In this document: in pieces, positions 9,301-18,988 of the stretch
How the letters are laid out: each line of letters begins with the position of its first letter
Numbering within the stretch: position 1 is the first letter of the stretch
IMG/VR virus record: IMGVR_UViG_2857089846_000001
Location: 1 to 64,000 of that record
Length of the DNA: 64,000 bases
Direction: 5' to 3' (one strand)
Origin: a virus
Taxonomy: Duplodnaviria; Caudoviricetes
Made by a program: the position numbers and the translations under genes
The notes under the pieces: model-generated
Database searches by the model: none
Seen by the model: the letters and a program-made list of their open reading frames with translations, nothing else
What the model was told of the DNA's origin: nothing

Positions 9301-9636
9301 TCAGTGGTGTCCGTAGTCGCGGGCGGGACGGGAGCGGCGGACCGGGGCCAGGGCTGGCTGTCGGGGCGCGGGCGCGGTGAGCTGCGCGGACACGTCCGTC
9401 ATCCAGGCCCGGAGTCCGTTGGGCGTACCCGAGCCGGCCCGCTCGATGACCGTCCGTACCTGCGCTGCCGTCGCGATCCCCAGCAGGCCGTTCGGCGATG
9501 CGGGGAGCAGCGGGCCGGGCGGGAACGGGACGCCGAGCGCGGCGGCCAGGTCCCGGGTGAACCAGACGGGCTCACCGCCGCGCACGCGGACCCGCACAGG
9601 GGTGTGGGCGTAGCGGAAGACGCGCGTGCGGCTCAC
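9301..9636 (-). CDS. BRO-N-like (antirepressor-type) protein
   Basis: FRYAHTPVRVRVRGGEPVWFTRDLAAALG resembles the BRO N-terminal domain; GTGA overlap with the upstream gene. Confidence 0.6.
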   Translation of the reverse strand: MSRTRVFRYAHTPVRVRVRGGEPVWFTRDLAAALGVPFPPGPLLPASPNGLLGIATAAQVRTVIERAGSGTPNGLRAWMTDVSAQLTAPAPRQPALAPVRRSRPARDYGHH

Positions 9637-10088
9637 AGCACCGTCACCGGGTCCGTGTCGTAGGCCAGGACGAAGCTCAGCGCCAGGCCCACGGCGCGCG
9701 CCTCCGGTCCGCCCTTCTGGGACTGCCGCTTCGCCTCGTGGTGCAGGCGGTCCCGCATGGCTTCGAGCCGTTCGATACGGCGCCGGTTCAGGGCGATCGT
9801 CGCCTGATGGTTCTCCATGCCGCACCGGTGCGCGGTGTTCATGCTGTGCACCAGGCCGTTGGCTACGCTCAGGCGGATTTCGGCCGGGGCGTGCCCGAGT
9901 GCCCACAGCAGATGCCCGCCGCTGGTCATCTCCTCGTACGGCTCGATGGGTTCCTCACCGGCGCGGAGCCGCGCCACTTCGGCGCGCAGCTGCTTCACCT
10001 CGTCCGCCAGGGCGGCGTTCACCTTCGTGCCGGACATGTCGCTGCCTATGGGCACGCAGATGAAGCCGGGGTGCGGGTGGTGGTTCAT
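9633..10088 (-). CDS. Hypothetical coiled-coil protein
   Basis: RBS gagagga; heptad pattern EVKQLRAEVARLR. Confidence 0.65.
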   Translation of the reverse strand: MNHHPHPGFICVPIGSDMSGTKVNAALADEVKQLRAEVARLRAGEEPIEPYEEMTSGGHLLWALGHAPAEIRLSVANGLVHSMNTAHRCGMENHQATIALNRRRIERLEAMRDRLHHEAKRQSQKGGPEARAVGLALSFVLAYDTDPVTVL

Positions 10089-10186
10089 GGGGTCCTCTCG
10101 GTGCGGTGGAGTCGCCACGTAGACGGAGTGAGGGGGCGAATGCGTTACACCCCGCCGCCGGGCGCGGCGGGGCGCAGCGGCGCGGG

Positions 10187-10729
10187 TCAGACCAGGGCCC
10201 ACTTGCCGGAGACGTCGAACTCGCCGGTGGCCAGGTTCACGACCAGGTGCGCGCCGTCGGCCGGGGGCGCAGCGCGGGAGTAGTCGGCCAGCAGGGTCCG
10301 GAACTTTCCGTCCCGGGCCGTCTGCACCGGGTCGTCGTCGGGGTTCTCGAAGTCGACCGGGACGGGCTCGTCATGCCCGTCGATGTGGACGTAGACGGTG
10401 CTGTCGTCCCAGTACACGCCGTCCTCGTAGTTCGAGGTGGTGACGAACTCGATGTGCGTCACGCGCGGACTGCCGGGCTCACCCGCGCCGATGTCGCGCA
10501 GCAGCCGCAGCAACTCGCCCTCGGTGCGGCTGTCCGCTTCCCCGATCACGATGTCGGCCAGGGCGTACAGCTGCTCCCGGGTCCACGACGTGAGCAGCGG
10601 CAGCACGCGCTCCCTGTCGGTCAGGAACCCCGGGTCCAGGTGCGCGGAGACAATGCCGCCGGGGGCGTAGCCGACCGGCCCGCGCGTCGTGCCGACGTCG
10701 ATGGTGTCGCCAGTGCCGTACAGGTTCAT
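10187..10729 (-). CDS. Hypothetical protein
   Basis: Coupled ORF in the leftward operon. Confidence 0.7.
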   Translation of the reverse strand: MNLYGTGDTIDVGTTRGPVGYAPGGIVSAHLDPGFLTDRERVLPLLTSWTREQLYALADIVIGEADSRTEGELLRLLRDIGAGEPGSPRVTHIEFVTTSNYEDGVYWDDSTVYVHIDGHDEPVPVDFENPDDDPVQTARDGKFRTLLADYSRAAPPADGAHLVVNLATGEFDVSGKWALV

Positions 10730-11049
10730 GCGGGCTCTCCGTCCTCGCGGATCTCGGGCAGGGTGAATCCGGCGCGTTCCAGGTCCGTCACCAGGTCGTT
10801 GACGTCCAGGCCGCCGACGTTGTTCGACTCGGTGACGTGCTCCGCGATCAGGCGGAGGATCACCTCGTGCGGCGGGGCCGGCTCAGGGTTCGGCCACCAC
10901 ATCTCGCCGATGGGCTCACGCGTGTACGGGCCGATGAGCACGGCGTGATGCCGCTCGTCGGGCCCGTGTGGGGCCAGATCGCACGTGACGTCGATGCCCT
11001 CTTCTTCGTCGCGGCCGGGCGCTCCGCACAGGGCAGGCGTAGCGGTCAT
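10726..11049 (-). CDS. Hypothetical protein (Cys/His motif)
   Basis: RBS ggagga; C..CDLAPH..H. Confidence 0.7.
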   Translation of the reverse strand: MTATPALCGAPGRDEEEGIDVTCDLAPHGPDERHHAVLIGPYTREPIGEMWWPNPEPAPPHEVILRLIAEHVTESNNVGGLDVNDLVTDLERAGFTLPEIREDGEPA

Positions 11050-11118
11050 GGGCTCCTCCAGGGAGTGAGGTTGGGGGTTGGGCCGCCCGGCGTACGTGCC
11101 GGGCGGCCGGAGAGGTGG

Positions 11119-11385
11119 TCAGGCGGTGACGGGCTCGAAGCCTTCGACCTCATCAATCAGGCCCTCGGCGTCGAAGCCGTCCCGGACGTACTCCTCAAAC
11201 GCGCGCTGCACGGCGTCGGCGTGCCGGTCCACGTCGAACGCGCACGACCACGCCATCGAGTCGGCGTCGTCCTGGTCCTCGACAAGGGCGTCGATGGTCG
11301 CCTGGTCGCCGTCCTCCACCTGGTGGGACTCGGTGATCACGAGGTTCCCGCCGTGGTCCCAGCGGCCGAGCAGCAGAGTGGACAT
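11119..11385 (-). CDS. Small acidic hypothetical protein
   Basis: RBS gaaagga; D/E-rich. Confidence 0.65.
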   Translation of the reverse strand: MSTLLLGRWDHGGNLVITESHQVEDGDQATIDALVEDQDDADSMAWSCAFDVDRHADAVQRAFEEYVRDGFDAEGLIDEVEGFEPVTA

Positions 11386-11450
11386 GAGATGTCGGGGTCC
11401 TTTCGAGGGGCCCGCCCGGCGTACCGGCCGGGCGGGCGCGGCAGGGGTGG

Positions 11451-12002
11451 TCAGGCGGAGAGGGAGAGCGGCGCAGCAGCGTTTACGGCAGACGCCGAAG
11501 CAGCGGCGGCCTGCTCGCGGCGCAGGTCGCTGTACGCGCCCCACGCGGGTATGCCGGGGTGGGACTCGTCGGCGACGAACAGCACGTCCGGCGCCTGGCC
11601 GTCCGGGGCGCCCAAAGGGCGCTGCCCCTCGAACCACTCCCGAAAAGAGGGCAGGCCGGTGAGGGTACGGCGCGCGTCGTCCAGGTCGCGGGCGCAGACG
11701 ACGAAGCCGTACGGCTTCTCTCCGTCGTGGCGCTCCAGTCCGGCGAACGTCAGCGTGAACGCCTCCCCGGGCACCGGCTCACCGCACAGGGCGACCAGCT
11801 CGCCGACCAGCTCGGCGAGGAACTCGGCCGCCTGCAGCGCGTTGGTGGCGCGGGTCTCGTCGTAGTCCGCGTAGCGGCGGGGGTCCGCGTCGCCGTCGGC
11901 GCCCAGGTACGGGGCGAGGCTCTCCGTGTGGCACGCGTCCATGTCGCGGTACCGGCGCACCAGGCCGTGGACGTAGCCGACGTAGTCGATGGTGTCGCTC
12001 AT
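11451..12002 (-). CDS. Hypothetical protein
   Basis: ORF in the leftward operon. Confidence 0.7.
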   Translation of the reverse strand: MSDTIDYVGYVHGLVRRYRDMDACHTESLAPYLGADGDADPRRYADYDETRATNALQAAEFLAELVGELVALCGEPVPGEAFTLTFAGLERHDGEKPYGFVVCARDLDDARRTLTGLPSFREWFEGQRPLGAPDGQAPDVLFVADESHPGIPAWGAYSDLRREQAAAASASAVNAAAPLSLSA

Positions 12003-12067
12003 GATCAGAGGCTTTCTGCGAGGGCCGCGCCCGGGCCGGCATCGGGCCCGGGCGCGGGAGGGCGGGT

Positions 12068-12322
12068 CTAAGCGGCGGCAGGCGTGGGGCAGACGGTGCA
12101 GCCGTCCCCCACGCAGCTGTGCAGCTCGATGCCGTCGACCGCGTCAAGGTCTGCGGTGTGCGGCTCGATGGCGATGTCCTCGATCTCGACTCCGCCCTGT
12201 GTGAACGACTCCTCGAACTTGGTCTCGCTGATGGCGTCGATGGCGTCGCGGGCGGCGTCCTCGCTGTCGGCGGTGACGGTGAGCTTCGCGGTCAGCGTGG
12301 CGGTGAACTCGAACGTGGGCAC
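12068..12322 (-). CDS. Small acidic protein with C-terminal Cys cluster
   Basis: RBS aaaggag; HSCVGDGCTVC. Confidence 0.7.
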   Translation of the reverse strand: MPTFEFTATLTAKLTVTADSEDAARDAIDAISETKFEESFTQGGVEIEDIAIEPHTADLDAVDGIELHSCVGDGCTVCPTPAAA

Positions 12323-12386
12323 GGGGCACTCCTTTCTGGGCGGGGCTCGAGCCGGTCGTCGGCCCGAGCCCCGGGGGCGTAGCGGG

Positions 12387-12605
12387 TCAGATGGCGGCGG
12401 GAAGGACCGGAGTCACGTCCGGCTGCTCGGCGGTGAGGTCGCCCTCGACGCGCCGGAGGATCTTCCTGGCCGTGTCGGCGTCGAACAGCATCAGCAGATC
12501 CGTGACCAGGTCACTGGCCTGCCAGTGCTCGGGCTCCTTGGCCTCACCGGGCCCGCAGTTGCCGACGTACGCGGCCAGCGCTGCCTCTGCGGCCTTGCGG
12601 TTCAT
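12387..12605 (-). CDS. Hypothetical protein
   Basis: RBS ggagg, ATGA overlap. Confidence 0.65.
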   Translation of the reverse strand: MNRKAAEAALAAYVGNCGPGEAKEPEHWQASDLVTDLLMLFDADTARKILRRVEGDLTAEQPDVTPVLPAAI

Positions 12606-13054
12606 CGGGTCGCCTCCGGGCCCTCGGCGAGGCGGTCGGCGAGCTCCCCGGAAACCTCGGCGTACTTCGTGAGCGGACAGCGGGGGAAGCCGTACGCCCA
12701 CATGTCACGGATGGCCTGGCGCGCCTCCAGTTCGGCGGCCCGGGCCTCGGTGACCGTGTCCGGCAGGGCGGCGAGCTGGTCGGAGAGCACTTCGGCGCGC
12801 AGCGTCCCCAGTCGGGCGAGGACGGCGCGGGCGACGCTGCCCAGGTGGCGGCCGTGCCCGCCGGTGCGCTCCGCGTATCGGTCGTTGGCCAGGGCCATGA
12901 GTTGAGTCGTCGGGCTGTGCCCGTCGGTGGTGAGGACGGCGAGCATGTCCGGGGTCGCGCGCAGGAGGTCCCGGGCCATCTCCTCGATGACGGGGTGGTC
13001 GGCGAGCTCGCGCACGGACTGGTCGTGAGCGGGGGACAGAGCAGTGAGCGACAT
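12602..13054 (-). CDS. Hypothetical protein
   Basis: ORF in the leftward operon. Confidence 0.65.
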   Translation of the reverse strand: MSLTALSPAHDQSVRELADHPVIEEMARDLLRATPDMLAVLTTDGHSPTTQLMALANDRYAERTGGHGRHLGSVARAVLARLGTLRAEVLSDQLAALPDTVTEARAAELEARQAIRDMWAYGFPRCPLTKYAEVSGELADRLAEGPEATR

Positions 13055-13166
13055 CGGTTGTTCCGTTCAGTGCAGGGCACGGCAGCGGGCCGGGCTCGGT
13101 GCTGGGGTAGGAGGATGGGGGGCGGGAGCGGCTTGGGTCGCGCGCTCCCGCCGGGGGGTGCGGCCG

Positions 13167-14300
13167 TCAGGCGGTGCCGTTGGCGATGGCGCGCAGCTCG
13201 GCGAGCGTGAGCGGGGCGGGGTGGGCAACTGCGGCCGTGGCGAACTCGAACGCGGCCCGCTCGTGCTCCGGGGTGGGCGCGTACTCGGCGCGCATCGCCT
13301 CGATGGCGGGCGCCTCTTCGCGCAGGAAGGCGAACCAGGCGGCACGCGGGCCCTTGGCCTCCCAGCGCTTGCGGGCGAGGTCCAGGGCGTGCCCGGCGCT
13401 CATCGCGTGGGGGAAGCCGTAGCGGGTCAGGCCGCGCGCGGTGAGCTGCTGGTCGACGGCGTGCCAGTCCTGTCCGGCGCAGAGCTGCTCGGCGGGGACG
13501 ACGGAATGCAGGGGCAGGTCGGCCCAGCGGGCGCCGGTGAGTGGCGAGTCGGTGTGGAGCAGCACCTGCCAGGAGCGGGGGTTCTTGGCGAGGGTGACGC
13601 CGGTAGACGTCTCCGGCTGCTCGTCGTCCTGGTCGTCGTCTTCGGCGGTGGCGGCCGCCGTGGCGGCGGCGAGCACGGCGCGCGCCTCGGCGATCAGCTC
13701 GTTCTCCCGGTCGCCGGAGAGGGTCCCGGCGACGGCGAGGTCGTCCACGTGGTTCCACGTGGCGATCAGGGCCGCAACGGGCGTGCGCTCCTCGGTGTAG
13801 TGGGCCATGGCGTCGGGGCCGTAGTCGCCGAGCACGTCACCGATCTGGGCCCAGATCTCGGCCGGGGTGAACTGCGGGCCGCCTTCGGCAACGGTGTCGT
13901 CGGCGTTCGCCTGGAAGGCGGTGACCACGTAGGAGGCGGTGTAGCAGGTCTCACCGAAGATGAACGCGGCCGTCGCGCGCTGGTCCTGGCGCTTTTCCTC
14001 GGCGAGCTCCGCTTCCCACGCGGCGTCCTCGGCGGCGCGCTTCTGCGCCTCGGGGTGGCTGGCGACCTTGGCCTCAGCCTTGGCGCGGCACCGGTCGTGG
14101 ATGTTGGAGAGGGGGAACGCCTCGGCGTCGGCCAGCGTGCGGAACCACGTCCAGTCGCGGTGCCCGTGGGCGCGGATGCGGCGGTTGCACAGGGCGTGGC
14201 CGTCGGCGTCGAACGCGTGCCAGAGCTGGAGGTTCGACTCCGTGCAGTTCCACACCGTGGAGCTGGTCAGGTAGGAGGTCCACTGCGGGTCGGCGGACAT
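13167..14300 (-). CDS. Hypothetical protein, first gene of an operon
   Basis: RBS gaagggg before ATG 14300; preceded by the conserved promoter and hairpin leader. Confidence 0.75.
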   Translation of the reverse strand: MSADPQWTSYLTSSTVWNCTESNLQLWHAFDADGHALCNRRIRAHGHRDWTWFRTLADAEAFPLSNIHDRCRAKAEAKVASHPEAQKRAAEDAAWEAELAEEKRQDQRATAAFIFGETCYTASYVVTAFQANADDTVAEGGPQFTPAEIWAQIGDVLGDYGPDAMAHYTEERTPVAALIATWNHVDDLAVAGTLSGDRENELIAEARAVLAAATAAATAEDDDQDDEQPETSTGVTLAKNPRSWQVLLHTDSPLTGARWADLPLHSVVPAEQLCAGQDWHAVDQQLTARGLTRYGFPHAMSAGHALDLARKRWEAKGPRAAWFAFLREEAPAIEAMRAEYAPTPEHERAAFEFATAAVAHPAPLTLAELRAIANGTA

Positions 14301-14321
14301 GGTGTCCCCTTCGGTCGGTTC

Positions 14322-14384
14322 GGAGCGTTGGCGTTGGTCCCGCTCGCTCGTGCGGTCCAACAAGGGAAACTGTACACCATGTCC
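14322..14384 (-). promoter_or_regulatory. Early promoter + ACGAGCGA hairpin + CAACGCTCC leader element
   Basis: GGACATGGTGTACAGT .. GTTGGaCCGC[ACGAGCGA]GCGGgaCCAAC .. CAACGCTCC. Confidence 0.75.
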
Positions 14385-14430
14385 GACCAGGTTGACAGGG
14401 AATCCCCGCTCCTCCGGGGATCGTTGGTAG

Positions 14431-15051
14431 TCAGCGGCGCACACGCGCCCGGGCCCGGGCGATGAACGCGGCCCGTATCGCAGGGTCGATCACCCGGAAG
14501 TGCGCGGAGAACGACACCGGCCCGTCACCGATCTCCGGGTACCGGTGCACGACCAGCGTCCCGCCGGGGAAGTACACGGACGGCTCCATGACCTGGAACA
14601 CGACCCGGGAGCGGCCCATGCGGCGCACCCACGCGTACGTGACCCCGTCGTGGTCGGGCATCGAGTACCGGGCCGGCCCGATGCTCAGCCGGTACCGGGT
14701 GCACGCCGTCGGCGCCGCCGGGTTGTCGTGCTCCCCCTTCCAGTGCCCGCACCGGGCGCAGCACGGAGTGAGCGGCGGCCGCTCGCACGGCACGGCACGG
14801 AACACCGGCCCGAGCTCGGCGGGCGCCATGCACGCGATCTGCCCGAACGTCAGCAGCACCGTGCCCGTGTCGGGTTCGACGGCGGCCGCGCCCCGGGAGT
14901 GGAGCGCGGACGCCAGCAGGGAGCGCAGCAGCGCACCGGACACCGGGGCCGGTGAACTGTCGCGGTCGGCGTTGCTCAGGGCGTAGGCGGTCGCGGTGGC
15001 GTCCAGCGGCCGGGCGATGGCGTGGGCGGACGGGGCGGCGACGGTGGTCAT
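14431..15051 (-). CDS. Hypothetical protein with CxxC-H..H-C Zn motif
   Basis: CARCGHWKGEH..C. Confidence 0.65.
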   Translation of the reverse strand: MTTVAAPSAHAIARPLDATATAYALSNADRDSSPAPVSGALLRSLLASALHSRGAAAVEPDTGTVLLTFGQIACMAPAELGPVFRAVPCERPPLTPCCARCGHWKGEHDNPAAPTACTRYRLSIGPARYSMPDHDGVTYAWVRRMGRSRVVFQVMEPSVYFPGGTLVVHRYPEIGDGPVSFSAHFRVIDPAIRAAFIARARARVRR

Positions 15052-15131
15052 GATCGGTTCCTCTCGGACGGGAATGGGCGGTTGCAGGGCCCGGGGCGCA
15101 GCACGCGGCGCGCCCCGGGCCCACTGGCTGG

Positions 15132-15635
15132 TCAGGGCTCTTCGCGGCGCAGCGTCACGGCGTGCGCTTCCTCGCGGCCCCGGGCGTACAGGCCGTCCAG
15201 CCCTTCGGGTTGGGCCGTGCACCTGTCGGCCGTCCACCGGTACTCGGCGGCGCCGAGCGCGAACACGGCCTGCCCGGCGGTGTGCGGCACGTGGTCACCC
15301 CACTCGTCCCACGACCACATGCCGCCGATGGCGTACCGGCCGTGGCCGTCCGGAGCGATGCTCTTGGTGCCGCCGTCGCCGTCGTAGTCGCGGGTCCACG
15401 TGAACGTGAGCGTCCCGTCGTCGGCGAACGCGGCCGTCATGCCGCAGTCGTCCTTGTGGAGGTCCTTCACGATCTCCTCGGCCGTCGCCCGGGTGAACAG
15501 GTGCGCGCTGTACGGCGTCCACATGTCGCTCAGCGGCAGAGCGACGTACGGGCCGTACGCGCTGCCCTCCACGGTGAAGAGCTGGACGCTCAGGGGCGTG
15601 CCGTCCGGGAGGGTGGGGTTCGGGTTGCTGCTCAT
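15132..15635 (-). CDS. Hypothetical protein
   Basis: RBS gaaagga; YAIGGMWSW motif. Confidence 0.7.
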   Translation of the reverse strand: MSSNPNPTLPDGTPLSVQLFTVEGSAYGPYVALPLSDMWTPYSAHLFTRATAEEIVKDLHKDDCGMTAAFADDGTLTFTWTRDYDGDGGTKSIAPDGHGRYAIGGMWSWDEWGDHVPHTAGQAVFALGAAEYRWTADRCTAQPEGLDGLYARGREEAHAVTLRREEP

Positions 15636-15730
15636 CGCGCGGGGGTCCTTTCCAAGGGTGCGGGGAGGGTTTCAGGGGCGGCGGGTTTGCGGCGCGGCCC
15701 GGCGCACGGTGCGCAGGGCCGGCCGTTTCC

Positions 15731-16264
15731 TCAGTGGCGCGTGGTGTGCTCGCGGTACTCGGCGTCCAGGGCGCGCAGCGCGTCCGCCCACGCGGGCGTG
15801 CCGGGCCCTACGTCCAGGTCGGCGATGCGGGCCCGCCCGTCGGGCGCCTCGCCACCGGAGCCGTCCGGGTTGGTCCACGCGTACGGCGGCTGCGCGGCGA
15901 CCTTCAGGCACAGCCGGAAGACGTCCTGCGGGGCGTCGTTGTGCTCGCACTCCAGGGGCGCGGCGAGCGGCGCGTTCGGGACGGGGCCGCACTGGCGGTT
16001 GCCCATCGTGGCGCAGTCCCGGCCGGACTCGTCCTCTTCGATGACGCCGTCGCGGTTGTCGTCACCGGCGTTGTACGCGGCCACGGTGTCCTCCTGGTCG
16101 TCTTCGGCAACGACCGTGACCGTGGCAGGCGGCCGGGTGGGACCGGACGGAGCGGAGCGCACGGCCCCGACGACGGCAGCGGCGGCGAGCACCAGCAGGG
16201 CGCCCAGAGCGCCGAGGATGACGGCGGCGCGGATCTGCTCGAAGGTCTGGCGGGAGCGGGTCAT
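15731..16264 (-). CDS. Secreted/membrane protein with EF-hand-like loop
   Basis: N-terminal TM; DDNRDGVIEEDE; four Cys. Confidence 0.7.
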   Translation of the reverse strand: MTRSRQTFEQIRAAVILGALGALLVLAAAAVVGAVRSAPSGPTRPPATVTVVAEDDQEDTVAAYNAGDDNRDGVIEEDESGRDCATMGNRQCGPVPNAPLAAPLECEHNDAPQDVFRLCLKVAAQPPYAWTNPDGSGGEAPDGRARIADLDVGPGTPAWADALRALDAEYREHTTRH

Positions 16265-16330
16265 GACGGGTTCTCCGATCGCGGGAAGGGCGGGGCGCGG
16301 CGGGGTGCCGCGCCCCGGGGAGCAGCAGGG

Positions 16331-17014
16331 CTATGCGAGGACGGCGGCGGCCTGGCGGCGGGTCAGGATCTCGGCGGCGCGGTCGCGCGCCGTGGGCAGG
16401 TTCGGCGCGACGGGGGACAGCACCTCGAAGGTGTGGGTGTGGCGGCGGTCGGCGTGCCGCGTCCAGCCGTTGACCGTGCTGAAGGCGTGACCGCGCGGGT
16501 TCCGGCACGGGTGCGACTCCTGCCGACTCGGGTCGGTGGCGCGGGGCGCGCAGATCGTGCAGTCCCACCCCAGCGCGTGAGGGTTGCCCCCGCCGTACGT
16601 GCCGTCCGGGTTGACCACGGCGGCGAAGTAGACGCGCCCGATCTCCACGGGGATGTCGTGGGGAAGCGGCAGGCCCATGGCGCGCGCGGCGTCCAGCTCG
16701 GCGAGCGCCCGGCGGTACTCGGCGTGAGCCGCCTTCTGCCACCCCCACAAGGTCGGGTCCTCCATCACGGCCCGCGCCTCGCGGTACCGGTTCAGCGCCA
16801 CGACGGGCGCCGTGACGTAGGCCAGCAGACCGGCCGGGGTGATGCACCAGCGCTCATCCGGGTCCAACACCAGGTCGCGCGGGGTGATGACGCTTCCGCA
16901 CGGGCAGTGGAAGCGGCCGTCCGGCCCGGCGGCGAAGTGGTTCTTGCAGCAGTTGGCGCAGACGATGACGGTCACGGGGTCGGGCAGTTCGGGGGCGCGG
17001 TCGATCGCGGGCAC
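16331..17014 (-). CDS. Zn-finger-rich hypothetical protein
   Basis: CANCC..CPCG..CTIC..C..H; RBS aggag. Confidence 0.7.
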   Translation of the reverse strand: MPAIDRAPELPDPVTVIVCANCCKNHFAAGPDGRFHCPCGSVITPRDLVLDPDERWCITPAGLLAYVTAPVVALNRYREARAVMEDPTLWGWQKAAHAEYRRALAELDAARAMGLPLPHDIPVEIGRVYFAAVVNPDGTYGGGNPHALGWDCTICAPRATDPSRQESHPCRNPRGHAFSTVNGWTRHADRRHTHTFEVLSPVAPNLPTARDRAAEILTRRQAAAVLA

Positions 17015-17120
17015 GGCTGATCTCCTGTCGAGGCGTAGCGGGGTGAGCGGGGAAGGGTGGCCGGGCGGCCGGTGAGGGGGGAGTGCCGGGCGCCCGGCCA
17101 GCTGGGGGGCGTAGCGGGTG

Positions 17121-17450
17121 CTACGCGGCGGGGGCGTACTCGGCGGTGCGCTTGTAGGTGGAGAGCGCGATCGTCAGGGCCGGGTCACCCGGCTGGTACT
17201 GGAAGACGGTGCGGAGCTTGCCGTTGACGCGGCGGCGGGTGGTCTGAGGGTCACGGCCGTCGTGGGCGGCCCGGTACGCCTTGGCGGCGTGGCGGCCGAA
17301 CGGGGAGGCGTAGCGCTCCACGAACGCTGTCTCGTACCCGAGGGAGCGCAGGAACGGCTTCACGGTGTGCGGCCGGTTCATGCGGCGGCGGTTGCGGAGT
17401 TCGGCGGCGGCGTTGCGGCGGCGGGCGCGGCGTGCGGCGGCAGCAGACAC
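17121..17450 (-). CDS. Small basic hypothetical protein
   Basis: GTG after aaagggg; Arg-rich; first gene of the left arm. Confidence 0.65.
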   Translation of the reverse strand: MSAAAARRARRRNAAAELRNRRRMNRPHTVKPFLRSLGYETAFVERYASPFGRHAAKAYRAAHDGRDPQTTRRRVNGKLRTVFQYQPGDPALTIALSTYKRTAEYAPAA

Positions 17451-17470
17451 AGGGGTTCCCCTTTGGTTCC

Positions 17471-17702
17471 GGAGCGTTCGGCGGCTGACGGGTGCTCGTT
17501 CCGTCGCTGCCGTTCGGTGCGAGCACCACTCTACATGACCAGAATCAAAAAGTGCACACCACGTCCAAGATTGAATGCGCGCCACGCATAAGAGGCGCGA
17601 TAGATCAGGGGATTCCCGTTAAGGCTGTTGCGCACTGCCGGACAGGGTGTACAGTTCTTCTCGTTGGACGGCACGAGCGAGCCGGCCCAACACCAACGCT
17701 CC
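17471..17702. promoter_or_regulatory. Bidirectional early control region
   Basis: AT-richer gap with divergent motif copies (17551-17566 minus, 17640-17655 plus), each followed by an ACGAGC-loop hairpin and AACGCTCC. Confidence 0.75.
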
Positions 17703-17724
17703 CAACCAACCAAAGGGGACACCC

Positions 17725-18468
17725 ATGCCCGTCACCCTCGGCAAGGCCACCGACACCCCCACCGTCACCGGGCCGGCCCACCTGCACATCACCATCGCCC
17801 AGCTCCCCGACGGGCGTATCTCCAGCGTCGAGATCAGCGGCCCCGCCCCCGACAGCGAAGAGCTCTGGTACGACGAGCCGCGCGCCACCGTGTGGACCGG
17901 CCTCACCCCCGACGCAGACGACGACGACCGCGCGATGGCCACCAAGGTGCTCGACCTCGCCATGAGCCCCGAGTACCGCCAGACCAACGGCCACGACTGG
18001 GCCGAAGGCGAGCGCAACGCCTTCGCCTTCCACTTCGACCACACCGAAGAGCGCGCGTTCCTGCGCACCGTGGAAGCGCACCTCATCCGCGCCGGATACC
18101 TGGACGCGCACGTGGGCAGCGTCGCCTGCCACTCCTTCGGCCTCACCCTCGCGGGCAGCGCCGAGCACTACGCCTACAACGGTGACGGCGGCTGGCGCTT
18201 CGCAACCGAAGACTGCACCACCGCCGAAGGCGCATACGAGTACCGCGCCCCGATCGCCCCGGCCGACGCCACCCCCCGCCGCGTCGCCGCCGCGATCCTC
18301 GTGCACCTCGCCGACGCCGGAGAGATCGAGCCCGCCGCACTCGCCCCGCTGCACCGCATCCCCGTCCGCTACGGCCTGTGGCGCATCACCAACTGGGCCC
18401 ACTTCACCCGCCGCATGGGCCAGCGGCTCGACCGCTACCGGCGCCGCATCACCGCCCGCACCCGCTAG
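17725..18468 (+). CDS. Hypothetical protein, first gene of the right arm
   Basis: RBS aaagggg, ATG 17725. Confidence 0.75.
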   Translation: MPVTLGKATDTPTVTGPAHLHITIAQLPDGRISSVEISGPAPDSEELWYDEPRATVWTGLTPDADDDDRAMATKVLDLAMSPEYRQTNGHDWAEGERNAFAFHFDHTEERAFLRTVEAHLIRAGYLDAHVGSVACHSFGLTLAGSAEHYAYNGDGGWRFATEDCTTAEGAYEYRAPIAPADATPRRVAAAILVHLADAGEIEPAALAPLHRIPVRYGLWRITNWAHFTRRMGQRLDRYRRRITARTR

Positions 18469-18691
18469 CCCCGGCGGGGCGCGCCGCACCCCCCGGCGCG
18501 CCCCGGCCTGCCCGATGAGACCCCCGCCCCGCGCGCGCATAGGACGGTCTCACGAGTTCCACGAGCGTCCCTTTCCGCTGGTCACAGCATTGCCCTTCGT
18601 CGTGCCCGCATCGAGCCGCGGCGCCCTGGTCGCGACCCGGTGCGGGGATGCACGAGCGCCCCACCCACCTATGGCCCTTGGAGGTCTGTAC

Positions 18692-18829
18692 ATGTTCGGC
18701 AAGTCTCCTGACGACGAGCGTCCCGTCACCCGCAAGGAGTTCCGCTTCCTCGCGCTCAGCACGGCCGGTGGCTTCATCTGCACTTCCCTCGCGCTGGCCT
18801 GCCTCCTGGCGCTGGACTTCACGGGCTGA
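18692..18829 (+). CDS. 45-aa single-TM peptide
   Basis: RBS ggagg; C-terminal hydrophobic helix. Confidence 0.55.
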   Translation: MFGKSPDDERPVTRKEFRFLALSTAGGFICTSLALACLLALDFTG

Positions 18830-18988
18830 TCCGTCAGTCGGGGCCGGGGCGTGCGCCCGTCGCCCGCCCCGGCCCCGGCCCCCGACCGCGCCGCTTGTCC
18901 GTCGCGGCCGTGTGCAGGGCGCGCCGTAAGCGAGTCCTGCCGGTCATCCTTCGCGCCCGGTCCCCATCCCGAACCATCTGGAGTAGCT

